The notes under the pieces: generated by a model
What the model was told of the DNA's origin: nothing
The model's database searches: none
Seen by the model: the letters and a program-made list of their open reading frames with translations, nothing else
Shown here: piece after piece, positions 38,534 to 47,926 of the stretch
How positions within the stretch are numbered: position 1 is the first letter of the stretch
Layout: each line of letters begins with the position of its first letter
Translations under genes and position numbers: made by a program
Origin: a virus
Lineage: Duplodnaviria; Heunggongvirae; Uroviricota; Caudoviricetes
Direction: 5' to 3' (one strand)
DNA length: 64,000 bases
Virus record (IMG/VR): IMGVR_UViG_3300029849_000005
Location: 19,937-83,936 of that record

Positions 38534-39991
38534 TTATTTGTTGTCTTTCTTCTCCGTAGAATAGTCCTTACGGTCGAGTTCCCACTGATACTCACACATC
38601 TGAGTGATTGCTTCAAGCTTCTCTGTACCCAGAACGAGTTTGAGAGCATTTACCAATCTTTCAGCCGGAGTTTCCACAACAGCTTTCTTGGATGCAAGTC
38701 CAAGTTGACGTTGATAAGATTCAACGCTAGCTTTGATATGGAACGATGTTACATGGGTTTCTTCTGTAAAGATAAGTTTGGATTTGGTTGATTCAACGAT
38801 TTCAGCCATAAATGCCGGAGCAATTTCAGCTTCTTGAATGTAGTTACATACTTCACTCAAATCATCGTCGATTGTATATCCTTCTTCAGCGGTGAAGGTA
38901 GAACGGATGAATTTCTCCGCAGTTTCAGCGTCCAGACAGTCCATGGTAATCACAGAACCAATTCTCTTACCTCTCAAGAAGGTAGGTTCAATCAATTCAA
39001 TGTGATTAGTAGTGAACAAGGTGATTACGTTCATGTCTTTGGTATCACCACCGTCCAGAGTATTCAGGATGTCTTGCATAGCAGCATCTCTGTTACCTCT
39101 AGTTACTTGGTCAATATCTTCAACAAATACGACAACACCATGGCCCGAACGGTCAACAACTTTACACATGCGCAGAGTTTCTGCAAGAAGAGAAGGATTC
39201 TTCAAATACACGAATGACCAGCCGTTTGTCACAGCATCTTTAGCCAGCTTAAATGCCAGCAAGGTCTTACCTGTACCATATTTACCTTCCAGCAAACAAC
39301 CGTACTTCAATGGAATACCTTTAGCCAGACATTTCTCCGGATACAAGATTCTTGAACGTAGCGGTTGCAATTCAAATTCAGTCTTCTTAGAAAGAACCAT
39401 GAATTGTTTCTCAATGCCGGCAAGTGTCATGATAGTAGGTTCAGACAGATTGCTGATTTCCAGTGCTTGATTCTTGTAGATAGACTCCGATGCTAACAGC
39501 TCTTTAGTTCTGTCAACAATATCATCAATCAATGACTGGTATTTGAACTGGCATTGTCCTTTAATAAGGAGCAAATGACGGTCATTGTCATAGTTGATGT
39601 TGATTTCAGAATCTTCTCCCAATTCTTCAAGGCTGATTTTACCAAACGGAACCTTGGTACGAGAACCGTCTGCCAGAACAACGTCTACGGTATCAATATT
39701 GCTGTTTCCAGAAGGACTGTTATCCTCCTTACTAACGGCAGAACCGAAGATTTCATTGATTGCTCTGTTCAACTGATATACACCGTCCGGTTTCCAACAA
39801 AGCAGCGAGTATTTGAAACTTGCCATTTTCTTGGACTGTTTGATTTCACCTTCGATGAATCCCAGAGCATCAGCATACTTCACGTTGCTTTGGAGCACTT
39901 CAATCATTCTCTGTTTCTGAGTTTCCTCGTACTTGTTAACTCTCTGCTTAATAGCAGCTGTAGTTCCTTGCGGAATAATGTTCTTTGCCAT
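38534..39991 (-). CDS. AAA+ ATPase
   Basis: Walker A GKYGTGKT, Walker B VVVFVEDID, sensor TTN. 485 aa with an N-terminal domain of unknown function. Confidence 0.75.
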   Translation of the reverse strand: MAKNIIPQGTTAAIKQRVNKYEETQKQRMIEVLQSNVKYADALGFIEGEIKQSKKMASFKYSLLCWKPDGVYQLNRAINEIFGSAVSKEDNSPSGNSNIDTVDVVLADGSRTKVPFGKISLEELGEDSEININYDNDRHLLLIKGQCQFKYQSLIDDIVDRTKELLASESIYKNQALEISNLSEPTIMTLAGIEKQFMVLSKKTEFELQPLRSRILYPEKCLAKGIPLKYGCLLEGKYGTGKTLLAFKLAKDAVTNGWSFVYLKNPSLLAETLRMCKVVDRSGHGVVVFVEDIDQVTRGNRDAAMQDILNTLDGGDTKDMNVITLFTTNHIELIEPTFLRGKRIGSVITMDCLDAETAEKFIRSTFTAEEGYTIDDDLSEVCNYIQEAEIAPAFMAEIVESTKSKLIFTEETHVTSFHIKASVESYQRQLGLASKKAVVETPAERLVNALKLVLGTEKLEAITQMCEYQWELDRKDYSTEKKDNK

Positions 39992-39994
39992 TAC

Positions 39995-40267
39995 TTAATT
40001 AGGTTTATTAATCTTATTTACTTCTTTAATGATTGCCTCACAATTCTCTCTTGTTGTAGTTAAACAACCAAGTTGAATAATAGAACCGTCTTGAGTGATA
40101 GTCAGGTTCTTCTCTTCGATTGTTTCCCTACATAGACCTCCTCTGATAATTCTTTTAATGAGTGGAAAGGGTAATATAGTATTCTTACAGAATATCATAT
40201 TCTTGCCTTCCACATAAATGACATCGTAGCCGTCAATGCTACCTACTACCTTACTCATTCGATTCAA
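39995..40267 (-). CDS. hypothetical protein
   Basis: 90-aa ORF. Confidence 0.4.
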   Translation of the reverse strand: MNRMSKVVGSIDGYDVIYVEGKNMIFCKNTILPFPLIKRIIRGGLCRETIEEKNLTITQDGSIIQLGCLTTTRENCEAIIKEVNKINKPN

Positions 40268-40279
40268 CTATTAACTGTG

Positions 40280-40353
40280 TGGGCCCGGCCGGACTTGAAC
40301 CGACAACCTCCTGATTATGAGTCAGTTTCTCTAACCGATTGAGATACGGGCCC
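40280..40353 (-). tRNA. tRNA with CAT anticodon (Ile2-like T arm; Met/Ile2 undetermined)
   Basis: Acceptor GGGCCCG/CGGGCCC. Anticodon loop CTCATAA. T arm GTCGG-TTCAAGT-CCGGC. Confidence 0.7.
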
Positions 40354-40449
40354 CGAACGCCCATGTTTACTCACAATTAACAGTTCTCAAAGAGTAGTGT
40401 TGTTAGTGACTTCATGATAAATTCTATTTTAAACTGAAATAATTAGTAG

Positions 40450-40521
40450 TTGGGCTACCAGGATTCGAACCTGGGCTACAAGAGTCAAAACCTTGTGTGA
40501 CTACCACTACACCATAGCCCA
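40450..40521 (-). tRNA. tRNA-Gln (anticodon TTG)
   Basis: Acceptor TGGGCTA/TAGCCCA. Anticodon loop TTTTGAC. T arm CCAGG-TTCGAAT-CCTGG. Confidence 0.65.
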
Positions 40522-40523
40522 GT

Positions 40524-40543
40524 AAAAGGAGTCCGAAGACTCC
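40524..40543 (-). terminator. GGAGTC-TTCG-GACTCC hairpin plus U-run between the PurA-like gene and tRNA-Gln
   Basis: Perfect 6-bp stem with a UUCG tetraloop, followed by TTTT on the minus strand. Overlaps the TAG stop by 1 nt. Confidence 0.5.
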
Positions 40544-41610
40544 TAAACTAACTTATCGAATATCATGGGTTGTATTGACATCCATAAATTCGCTAGCATT
40601 TCTTGCTCTGCGTCAGATGCTTCATCCCAATGTGATACGTACAATTTCTCCGTTCGTTCATTCCTATAAGGAACTTTAAATGAACGGTTAATGCGTACAC
40701 TGTGTGCGAATAGGTCTTTGTCGAAATCAATAGCCCTAAGCGTCTTCTGGAAATCGTTGAACTTATTATTAGGGTCATCGACATCCCTAACAGACATTCC
40801 AGAAGGAAATGGGCCGTTACCATGCCTTGTTATATAAGGACGAGTTACATAACAAGTTTGGATTTCTTTACGTATGCCTGCTTTCCGCAACAGCTCGTAA
40901 GCGTTTTGTGAAGTTGTATTAGACGGAGTGCAATAAGGCATTATGCCGAATCTTTGGTCAAGCAATATTCCCTGTGAACCTTCAAACACTAGGTTGTCAT
41001 AGTTTAACAAGCAATCTTCATTAACCGTACCTGTATGTAAGAAATAAGCATGTGCTAACCTACACCAGTTGTCTAGGTCTATCGAGGGATATTTACTAGA
41101 CATGTTGTAATAGTTATCCACTATGGCATTTAATTTCTCACGTAGTATGTAAGGATTCATACAATCTACAACTGTTAAGCTGTATCCTGCCTTAACTCGG
41201 TCCAAACAAGCTTTAAACCCTGTACCTACAGTACCATGTCGTAAGTTCTCTTCGTTATTAACTTGGGAATAGACATCGAAGGGAATTACAACTTGGCAGT
41301 GAGGGTGATACTGAACAATGGGACGAACTCCCATTTTAGCTAAGTCTGCACCCTCTAACATAGAGGTAATTGGGTCTACAGTACAGTATTCGGACCAATA
41401 CGTCGGCACTCCAAGTAAGGTTCCGCTGCCAAAGTTACTAAAGGTGTGCATCATGTCTCCATGCTTTACAGTATGTCCTACTTGATGTCCACCACTAAAC
41501 CTGACTACTAATACAGACTCTCGCTTACCTATGTACTTGTTACATAAGTTGTGAACTGTCTGTCCCTTACCTTCGTCTCCAAAGAATGTTCCTAATACAA
41601 TACTAATCAT
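40543..41610 (-). CDS. adenylosuccinate synthetase (PurA) family protein, short form lacking the GTP-base-recognition region (PurZ-like candidate)
   Basis: PurA motifs: VLGTFFGDEGKGQ (P-loop), RFSGGHQVGHTV, GTVGTGFKA, FEGSQGILLD...YCTPSNTT, TRHGNGPFP. Only 355 aa. No TKLD/guanine-binding segment. Confidence 0.8.
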   Translation of the reverse strand: MISIVLGTFFGDEGKGQTVHNLCNKYIGKRESVLVVRFSGGHQVGHTVKHGDMMHTFSNFGSGTLLGVPTYWSEYCTVDPITSMLEGADLAKMGVRPIVQYHPHCQVVIPFDVYSQVNNEENLRHGTVGTGFKACLDRVKAGYSLTVVDCMNPYILREKLNAIVDNYYNMSSKYPSIDLDNWCRLAHAYFLHTGTVNEDCLLNYDNLVFEGSQGILLDQRFGIMPYCTPSNTTSQNAYELLRKAGIRKEIQTCYVTRPYITRHGNGPFPSGMSVRDVDDPNNKFNDFQKTLRAIDFDKDLFAHSVRINRSFKVPYRNERTEKLYVSHWDEASDAEQEMLANLWMSIQPMIFDKLV

Positions 41611-41616
41611 TTCAGT

Positions 41617-42549
41617 TTAATAAAATTTGTCATTACTATCAGATGGCACATCTTGCCATTCTTGACTAACAGAAGCACTAGGAGCTAAACCTTCAGCAGG
41701 CTCCTCATAGTTCTCTTTAATTGCGGTGACAATCACCTTGTCTACTTCTCCAGATGCACATGTTAATACATTCTGTCCAAGTAAAGTCTTCCAAGATTCA
41801 GCAACCCTTGAGCCATGACTGGCATTAGTAATGTGAATGTGGAATACATGGTACTGTTCCTTTGCTTTGTCAAGAGCTTCTTGACAAGTAATGGTTTTAG
41901 CACCTTTTTGATATCCTAGAACACGTTCTAAGTAACACCCCTCTACCTTATCGAGATTTGGTTCATCTCCAATAGTAAATAGGAATCCCTTAGTGTGTCT
42001 TTCAAACCAGGAATCAGTTTCAGTATGATAACCTGCCACAATATGAGCTAGTAGATAGCTTTCGCCTCTATTACCTCCTCCTCCACCTTCAATCACGAAC
42101 GATTGTAAAGTGTCAAGAATTTTAGCTGTATCAGACTCAAACTGCCCAATTTGAATTGGATATCGGTCATAAACGTGGTCCCCAACTGCCATAAACATGA
42201 TTTGTGGGTCACGTACACCTAGTTGAATGAGAGAGTCCATAATCTTAGGGAATTGGTCTCTAATCATTTCATAAGGTGTGTCCATCATTGAACCAGTAAC
42301 GTCTAGCGCAATGATTATCGGAGTAGAGAAAGGATGTTCTTTAGAATCACGAGATTCACGAACACCCACGTTAACCATTTCTTGCCTTATCTGCGTGTTA
42401 TACTGCCTAACATTGTTGTTAAGCGATGCAGCAGTATTACATGCATTAATGGCATGGCTACTAAAGAGTTCATCCCTAGTAGAGGTGTACAAACCTCTAC
42501 TGCTGGCCTCTACATCATAAGCAATTCTAGAATAACTACCTGCTCCCAT
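41617..42549 (-). CDS. von Willebrand factor A (vWA) domain protein
   Basis: MIDAS-like IIALDVTGSM (DxTGS), then later T and D elements. 310 aa. Confidence 0.6.
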   Translation of the reverse strand: MGAGSYSRIAYDVEASSRGLYTSTRDELFSSHAINACNTAASLNNNVRQYNTQIRQEMVNVGVRESRDSKEHPFSTPIIIALDVTGSMMDTPYEMIRDQFPKIMDSLIQLGVRDPQIMFMAVGDHVYDRYPIQIGQFESDTAKILDTLQSFVIEGGGGGNRGESYLLAHIVAGYHTETDSWFERHTKGFLFTIGDEPNLDKVEGCYLERVLGYQKGAKTITCQEALDKAKEQYHVFHIHITNASHGSRVAESWKTLLGQNVLTCASGEVDKVIVTAIKENYEEPAEGLAPSASVSQEWQDVPSDSNDKFY

Positions 42550-42552
42550 AAA

Positions 42553-42921
42553 TTACTCATTTACAATTGCAGCAGCGTCATCCAAATTAATGGATTCTGA
42601 TGCATCAGCGGGAAATTCTTCTGCATCGACTTGCATAGCTAGAGCAAGTTCAATCTTTGCAACACGCAGTTTACGTGCCAATTCATGTCTCGTTCTTACC
42701 CATTCAGCCGGATTCAGTCCTTCTCCCGGATTCAAAGAGTCTCTTGATTTAACAGCTAGGTCATTGTGTTTGTTGATTTCTCCCTGAATGCGAAGTACTT
42801 TCAACTTACAATCCTGAACAAATCTGTCTTCCTCGATTTTAGCCAATTCATACAGATTCTGCGCTCTTGCATCAAGTACACTTTGTCCACTCTTACTTAA
42901 TTTCTCTTTAAAACTGCTCAT
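42553..42921 (-). CDS. coiled-coil protein
   Basis: 122-aa ORF. Confidence 0.4.
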   Translation of the reverse strand: MSSFKEKLSKSGQSVLDARAQNLYELAKIEEDRFVQDCKLKVLRIQGEINKHNDLAVKSRDSLNPGEGLNPAEWVRTRHELARKLRVAKIELALAMQVDAEEFPADASESINLDDAAAIVNE

Positions 42922-43008
42922 TTACACTTACATTTAACATGTTAAATTCAATAAGCATCTCTGTGTGGTAATTTATAATCTAACTGTAATCATCTAGGAT
43001 TACAATCG

Positions 43009-43091
43009 AGCCGACTGTCAGATTCGAACTGACGTGGAGTTTCCTCTCGTGATTACAAGTCACGTGCAATCAACCACTATGCGAAGTCGGC
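43009..43091 (-). tRNA. type-II-like tRNA with anticodon TGT (Thr anticodon on a long-variable-arm scaffold; identity uncertain)
   Basis: Acceptor GCCGACT/AGTCGGC. 3-bp D stem. Anticodon stem CGTGA/TCACG with loop CTTGTAA. 14-nt variable arm GGA-AAC-TCC. T arm GTCAG-TTCGAAT-CTGAC. Confidence 0.5.
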
Positions 43092-43147
43092 ATAAACAGG
43101 AGACGATGTTACCAAGTGTGCTGACATCTCCTTCGTAAATCAAAGAA

Positions 43148-43219
43148 AGCGGTGCATACGGGATTCAAACCCGTGGTCTCCTCATAGACAGTGAGGCATC
43201 CTATCACTGAACGAATGCA
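43148..43219 (-). tRNA. tRNA-Asp (anticodon GTC)
   Basis: Acceptor GGTGCAT/ATGCACC. Anticodon stem CCTCA/TGAGG with loop CTGTCTA. T arm ACGGG-TTTGAAT-CCCGT. Confidence 0.7.
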
Positions 43220-43526
43220 CCATGAAGCTTGCTTAACCTACCCTCTAAACCTATGCTTGGACTTGCAGTCAGTTATTCAGATATTGTCCCTTCCCGCTAG
43301 CTGAGTCATTCTCTTACTGTAATCATGTGTCCAACTCACAATTACTATTCAGATGTGCCAAATGGGACATGGCAATTCATAGAAAGTGGGTGCTAGCCGT
43401 TTCTATCCCACCATTGCGTACTACAGTGCTAGCTACCGTCTAAGCTCCTATCCCTTACGTCGCCTTAGAGTGTACATGATTATTATTGCCTAACCAGTTA
43501 CCTGATTGGAAGGATTATGTACGAGG

Positions 43527-43598
43527 TACTGCCAACGGGATTCGAACCCGTATTTTCAGTGTGAGAGACTGATTACCTAACCCTTAGTAGATGGCAGT
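43527..43598 (-). tRNA. tRNA-Glu (anticodon CTC)
   Basis: Acceptor ACTGCCA/TGGCAGT (A1:U72). Anticodon stem TCAGT/ACTGA with loop CTCTCAC. T arm ACGGG-TTCGAAT-CCCGT. The D stem is weak. Confidence 0.5.
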
Positions 43599-43881
43599 GT
43601 GTTAAATAGTCGTGAGTAGTTAATTGCAACTATGACAAAATTAAGATTAAAGTCAAAGACCAGCCTATTGCTATCTAGGGCAAAGTCAAAGGAATTTTGT
43701 AACTTCGCAATAGACTGACAGGGTTTGAATTAATAATACTTAATTATGCTGGAAATCGTCCCTGTATGGAATACAGAACACGATTAATTTGTCGACAATG
43801 CATCGACTAGAGTCTTTGATGCAATTCATACTACTCACGCAAAGCTATGTTAGAATCCAATGAGATTCAAGACTATAGCAC

Positions 43882-44775
43882 CTATTTATCTGGATTGGAA
43901 ATCTTAGTTAGCAATTCATAAGTTGCTTGTAACTCATTAGGAATTACTATCTTAAGTTCCAATAGTTTCTTACGTTCTTCAACTTTCCAAGTTTCACATT
44001 GTTGAGACAGGGTTTTGGCATCCAAATTGAATCTATCAACAGCTTGTTTATAAGCCTGATTGACTTCATATTCAGAATCCTTTACCATTTTATCAATCTT
44101 GAACTTAATCTTATTAAGTCTAGCTGATATGTCTCTGTGTTTCTGCTGTAATGCAAAGAATGCATTCTCTACCTTATCGCTACTAACAGACGGGTCATAC
44201 GAGTACACGATTGTGTCAGTACCAGAACCTTTAACTTTAGTAGGATTAGTATAGGCATCCATTAAAGCTCTACGGGCGTTTGCAAACGGACGCATTGGAT
44301 GAATATACTTACCAATAGCAGATGCTTCTGCTTCTAGTCTGTAATATTCCATACGTTCTGCAATGCTCAATGAAGCAATTGCTTCCTCTTCGGTAAGGAT
44401 ATGACCCTTAATCGGGGTGTCCAACTTGAATCCAGCTACGTCTGTAGCATATAAATCCCATGTGTACCTGTTAATAATTTCAAGTTCTTCTTCTCTAGCC
44501 TTAATAGCTTCACGAATCCATGCACAGAAGGCATTCATATTAGCAACTTCTTGAAGTAATGTGGGCACATTATCAAGATATGCCTCATTTCTACCTGTCT
44601 TCACAGTCCTAGAGTTACCTCCACTTAGCAAGCTAATATTGACATTCACAAACCCTACAGAATCTAAAGCTTGTCTATTAGATTCTACTGTTTCCTTAGC
44701 TATATTAGCCAGGTGATTGGCAGAAGTTTGGGTTAGTCCCTTCTCGCCAAAGAATACTTTGTTACATTCTTTCAT
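43882..44775 (-). CDS. hypothetical protein
   Basis: 297-aa ORF. Confidence 0.45.
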   Translation of the reverse strand: MKECNKVFFGEKGLTQTSANHLANIAKETVESNRQALDSVGFVNVNISLLSGGNSRTVKTGRNEAYLDNVPTLLQEVANMNAFCAWIREAIKAREEELEIINRYTWDLYATDVAGFKLDTPIKGHILTEEEAIASLSIAERMEYYRLEAEASAIGKYIHPMRPFANARRALMDAYTNPTKVKGSGTDTIVYSYDPSVSSDKVENAFFALQQKHRDISARLNKIKFKIDKMVKDSEYEVNQAYKQAVDRFNLDAKTLSQQCETWKVEERKKLLELKIVIPNELQATYELLTKISNPDK

Positions 44776-44804
44776 AAGCTGTAATTATTAATTCATTACT
44801 AATG

Positions 44805-44877
44805 CACTGGATAGGGGATTCGAACCCCTGTTTACGCATAGAAAGTGCGTCGACCTAAACCACTAGTCGAATCCAGT
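44805..44877 (-). tRNA. tRNA-Glu (anticodon TTC)
   Basis: Acceptor ACTGGAT/ATCCAGT. D stem GACT/GGTC. Anticodon stem ACGCA/TGCGT with loop CTTTCTA. T arm AGGGG-TTCGAAT-CCCCT. Confidence 0.65.
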
Positions 44878-44885
44878 ATACCTTA

Positions 44886-45173
44886 TTAAGCCTTCCAGAA
44901 TACAAACTTATTGCCTTCTGGACATCTTATATACTTCACATCAAAACCATTCTCTCGATATAGAGGTTCTACATCTAACCAATGGTTCTTAATTACTTCT
45001 TCTTCAGTTAAACCTTCAGATGCTACATAGGCTATTACATCTGATTGCTTAAATTCAGAAGCTTTACCACTCCAGTTCTTAACTATTAAAGTATTAAAAG
45101 CTAAGATAACTGCATCAGGAATAGATTTTAAATCTATACTCCTCAATTCTCTTGAATTTAATACCTTCACCAT
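44886..45173 (-). CDS. hypothetical protein
   Basis: 95-aa ORF. Confidence 0.4.
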   Translation of the reverse strand: MVKVLNSRELRSIDLKSIPDAVILAFNTLIVKNWSGKASEFKQSDVIAYVASEGLTEEEVIKNHWLDVEPLYRENGFDVKYIRCPEGNKFVFWKA

Positions 45174-45225
45174 AATTCTAATAATTAGGTTAATAATGAT
45201 TTTCGCAAACTCTTATTAGCCAGCG

Positions 45226-45313
45226 CGGAGAGTGCTGGATTCGAACCAGCGGAACCCTTTTGAGGTTCGGTCCCTTAGCAGGGGACTGGTTTAAGCCACT
45301 CACCCAACTCTCC
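45226..45313 (-). tRNA. tRNA-Ser (anticodon GCT), type II
   Basis: Acceptor GGAGAGT/ACTCTCC. Anticodon stem GTCCC/GGGAC with loop CTGCTAA. Long variable arm. T arm GCTGG-TTCGAAT-CCAGC. Confidence 0.75.
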
Positions 45314-45400
45314 AATCCACAGAAGACTTATTTATGCTATATCAATCGCTTATGATTACCTTAGTGCTGTAAGTCTTCTTAGAAATTCACTGTAAAAGGA

Positions 45401-47362
45401 TTACTTTACAGGAGGAAAATTATCACCTTTAGCTGGTGATTCTTCCGGCTTCTTGCCAGTGATTATTTGCTTAAGCGAATCTGCAATAGGCAAATTACGG
45501 GCAATCTCCAAGCTAGGAGCAAGATTCTTAGCCATATTAGCCATGAACTGCCCAGCAGTATTGGAGTCACCATACACAGTAACATTACCAAGCTGGATAT
45601 GTTCAAACACCTTAGCGTTGGCTTCAGCAACTTCTTTCCACCTGTCGGTCATTGCATATTGAACGATTGCTTCAGGATGCATACCTGATTTAATCATATG
45701 TTCAACTGCAAGAGCCGGAGCCATTTCCATTGCCTGTTTCTGTTCAGCTTCTGCCATTAAAGATGCTTTCTTACCTTCAGCTTCGGCAAGAAGTTTCTTC
45801 TTAGTACCTTCAGCTTCTGCTTCCAGTTGCATCTTAGTAGCATTTGCTTTAGCTTCTGCTGCTTTCAAGATTTTAGCTGCTTCCGCTTCTGCTTCAAGAA
45901 TGGCTACACTCTTAACAGCTTCTGCTTCAATCTTAGCTTTCTCTTTGGCCTTCTCGGCAGGTATAATCACTTCGGCTTTAAGCTTAGCTTCTTCAGCTTT
46001 AGCTTTAGCTTCATTAACTTCTACCTGACGTTCCTGCTCTGTTTTAGCAACTGCCATTTGAGCTTCAACTTTGGAAGTACCAGCTACTCTTTCAGCTTCA
46101 GCTTTAGCTTTCTCTGCTTCTCCCTTAGCTTTGGAAACTTCAATAGTAGCTTTCTGTTCAGCTACTCCTGCTGCTTTCTCTGCTTCAGCTGCCTTTTGAC
46201 GGGCTTCTGATTCATACTGTGCAGTTTTAGCTTCTTTCTCCTGCTGTGCTTTAACAGTTTCAGCTTCTTGGTTTTGTGCTGCTACTGCCATACGAACTTC
46301 CTTCTCTGCTTCTGCTTCTGCCTTAGCGGCTTCAGCTTTGGCAGTAAATTCTGCTTCTTTAGCAGTTGCATAAGCTTGCTGCTCTGCAATCTTGGCAGCT
46401 CTCAATGCTTCTTGCTCGGCAACTTTGGAAGCTTCTTCAGTTTGGGCTGTAGCCACACCAATTTCACGTTCCTTTCTTTGCTCTGCAACAGCAATTTGTT
46501 GCTCCTTATGCTGCTCGGCCAATTGAGTTTCTTTCTCTTTAGTGGTCTTAGCAATAGCAACTTCTTTCTCCCTGTTAGTTTCAGCCACTATAGTTTCTTG
46601 CTCCTTAGTAGCTGCTGCAATTGCAATCTCCTTCTCTCTCGTAGTTTGAGCTATCTGGATTGCTCCTTTCTTCTCTTCTTCTGCGATATCAGCTTGTGAT
46701 TGCGCTCTTGCTTTAGTCTCTTCTTTCTTACCAAGATTATCAATATATTGAGCAGCATCTTGAATGTCACTGATATTGATATTCATCAGATAAAGACCAA
46801 GTTTGTTCAATTCTGTATTGATATTGTCTCTAGCTTGAGCTAGGAACTTGTCTCTGTCAGAGTTAAGCTCTTCAATAGTCATCGAAGCAATAACAAGCCT
46901 CATCTGACCATAAACAATATCTGAAATCAAACTTTCTTTAACGTCATCATCAGCACCTAGTAAGCGATTAGCAGCATTCTGCATAATCAGCGGTTCTTGG
47001 CTAATAGCAACAGTTACAGTGGTAGGGATAGTTACACGAATATTTTGAGCTGACAAAGCATTCTTCAATACAAGATTCAATTGAATCGGTTGCATTGACA
47101 TTACTTCATAACCCTGTATAATCGGCCATACAAAAGCTGCACCACCATGATAAACCTTGGCAGTTTTAATTTCAACTTCTCTGTCAACCAGATTACCTTT
47201 AGCGTCGCGTTCGCTAACTTTCTCTTTGTGAGAGCCTGTTTTACCATAAACTACCAACAATTCGTCAGATTTACATTTACGGTAGCGGGATAGAATCCCA
47301 ATGATAGTGATGATTGCAACTAGTACAACTACACCAACGATAATTAATGATGTCATTTCCAT
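45401..47362 (-). CDS. flotillin-like SPFH/band-7 protein
   Basis: N-terminal TM, SPFH-domain region, long Ala/Glu-rich coiled-coil (EA repeats) and a flotillin-type C-terminal segment. 653 aa. Confidence 0.8.
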   Translation of the reverse strand: MEMTSLIIVGVVVLVAIITIIGILSRYRKCKSDELLVVYGKTGSHKEKVSERDAKGNLVDREVEIKTAKVYHGGAAFVWPIIQGYEVMSMQPIQLNLVLKNALSAQNIRVTIPTTVTVAISQEPLIMQNAANRLLGADDDVKESLISDIVYGQMRLVIASMTIEELNSDRDKFLAQARDNINTELNKLGLYLMNINISDIQDAAQYIDNLGKKEETKARAQSQADIAEEEKKGAIQIAQTTREKEIAIAAATKEQETIVAETNREKEVAIAKTTKEKETQLAEQHKEQQIAVAEQRKEREIGVATAQTEEASKVAEQEALRAAKIAEQQAYATAKEAEFTAKAEAAKAEAEAEKEVRMAVAAQNQEAETVKAQQEKEAKTAQYESEARQKAAEAEKAAGVAEQKATIEVSKAKGEAEKAKAEAERVAGTSKVEAQMAVAKTEQERQVEVNEAKAKAEEAKLKAEVIIPAEKAKEKAKIEAEAVKSVAILEAEAEAAKILKAAEAKANATKMQLEAEAEGTKKKLLAEAEGKKASLMAEAEQKQAMEMAPALAVEHMIKSGMHPEAIVQYAMTDRWKEVAEANAKVFEHIQLGNVTVYGDSNTAGQFMANMAKNLAPSLEIARNLPIADSLKQIITGKKPEESPAKGDNFPPVK

Positions 47363-47375
47363 CTTGAAATTGGTA

Positions 47376-47897
47376 TTAATCTATGTATAATTTATTGTCT
47401 TCGTATTTACGAATCGTTACTGGCTCATTGACAGGATATATCTTCTTATTAAGAGATACAACTTCTACTTCTCTCAATGCTCCACTTATGTTCACGGATG
47501 CCAAATGGCGCCCTTCACCTAAATGTACATAGATAGTAGCAGTTCTGCCAACTAAGTTAGTCTTCGGTTCGTCTTTAGGAAGGTTCTGCAATTTCATACA
47601 GAACTTATATAAATGATACAGCATAAATACAAATACAAGACCTATAAAGAATCCTATTAACCAATCAATCCAGGTTACTTCATAACCTAATAATTGCTTA
47701 ATAGATGTCCATCCTCCGAATCCCATGAAGAAATGGATAAATCCTTTAAAGGATACAACATCACTGACATCAAAGTCAGCATCACCATCAAAGTCTACGT
47801 CGACATCGAACTCCCCAGCAACCCATGATATTATGAATTGTAGGATAAATATACCATAGGCGATGCCTCCTAAGATATAATACAAGTTATTGTCCAT
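47376..47897 (-). CDS. NfeD-like membrane protein (partner of SPFH proteins)
   Basis: Two or three N-terminal TM helices and a C-terminal soluble beta-rich segment (VGRTATIYVHLGEGRHLASVNISGALREVEVV). Sits immediately upstream of the flotillin-like gene, as in bacterial nfeD-floT operons. Confidence 0.6.
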   Translation of the reverse strand: MDNNLYYILGGIAYGIFILQFIISWVAGEFDVDVDFDGDADFDVSDVVSFKGFIHFFMGFGGWTSIKQLLGYEVTWIDWLIGFFIGLVFVFMLYHLYKFCMKLQNLPKDEPKTNLVGRTATIYVHLGEGRHLASVNISGALREVEVVSLNKKIYPVNEPVTIRKYEDNKLYID

Positions 47898-47926
47898 CTT
47901 ACTAATAATTATTTAATCTATTAAAG

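Noticed and set aside
40543-40545. TAG stop of the PurA-like gene being read through by the CUA suppressor
   Set aside because: A clean terminator hairpin and tRNA-Gln follow immediately, and the protein's C-terminus aligns with a complete, if short, PurA fold. TAG most likely terminates here.
45800-46700. Short-period nucleotide repeats (gcttcagc / ttctgc units) that could suggest a CRISPR or tandem-repeat locus
   Set aside because: They are in-frame codon repeats encoding the Ala/Glu-rich coiled-coil of the flotillin-like protein, not spacer-repeat architecture.
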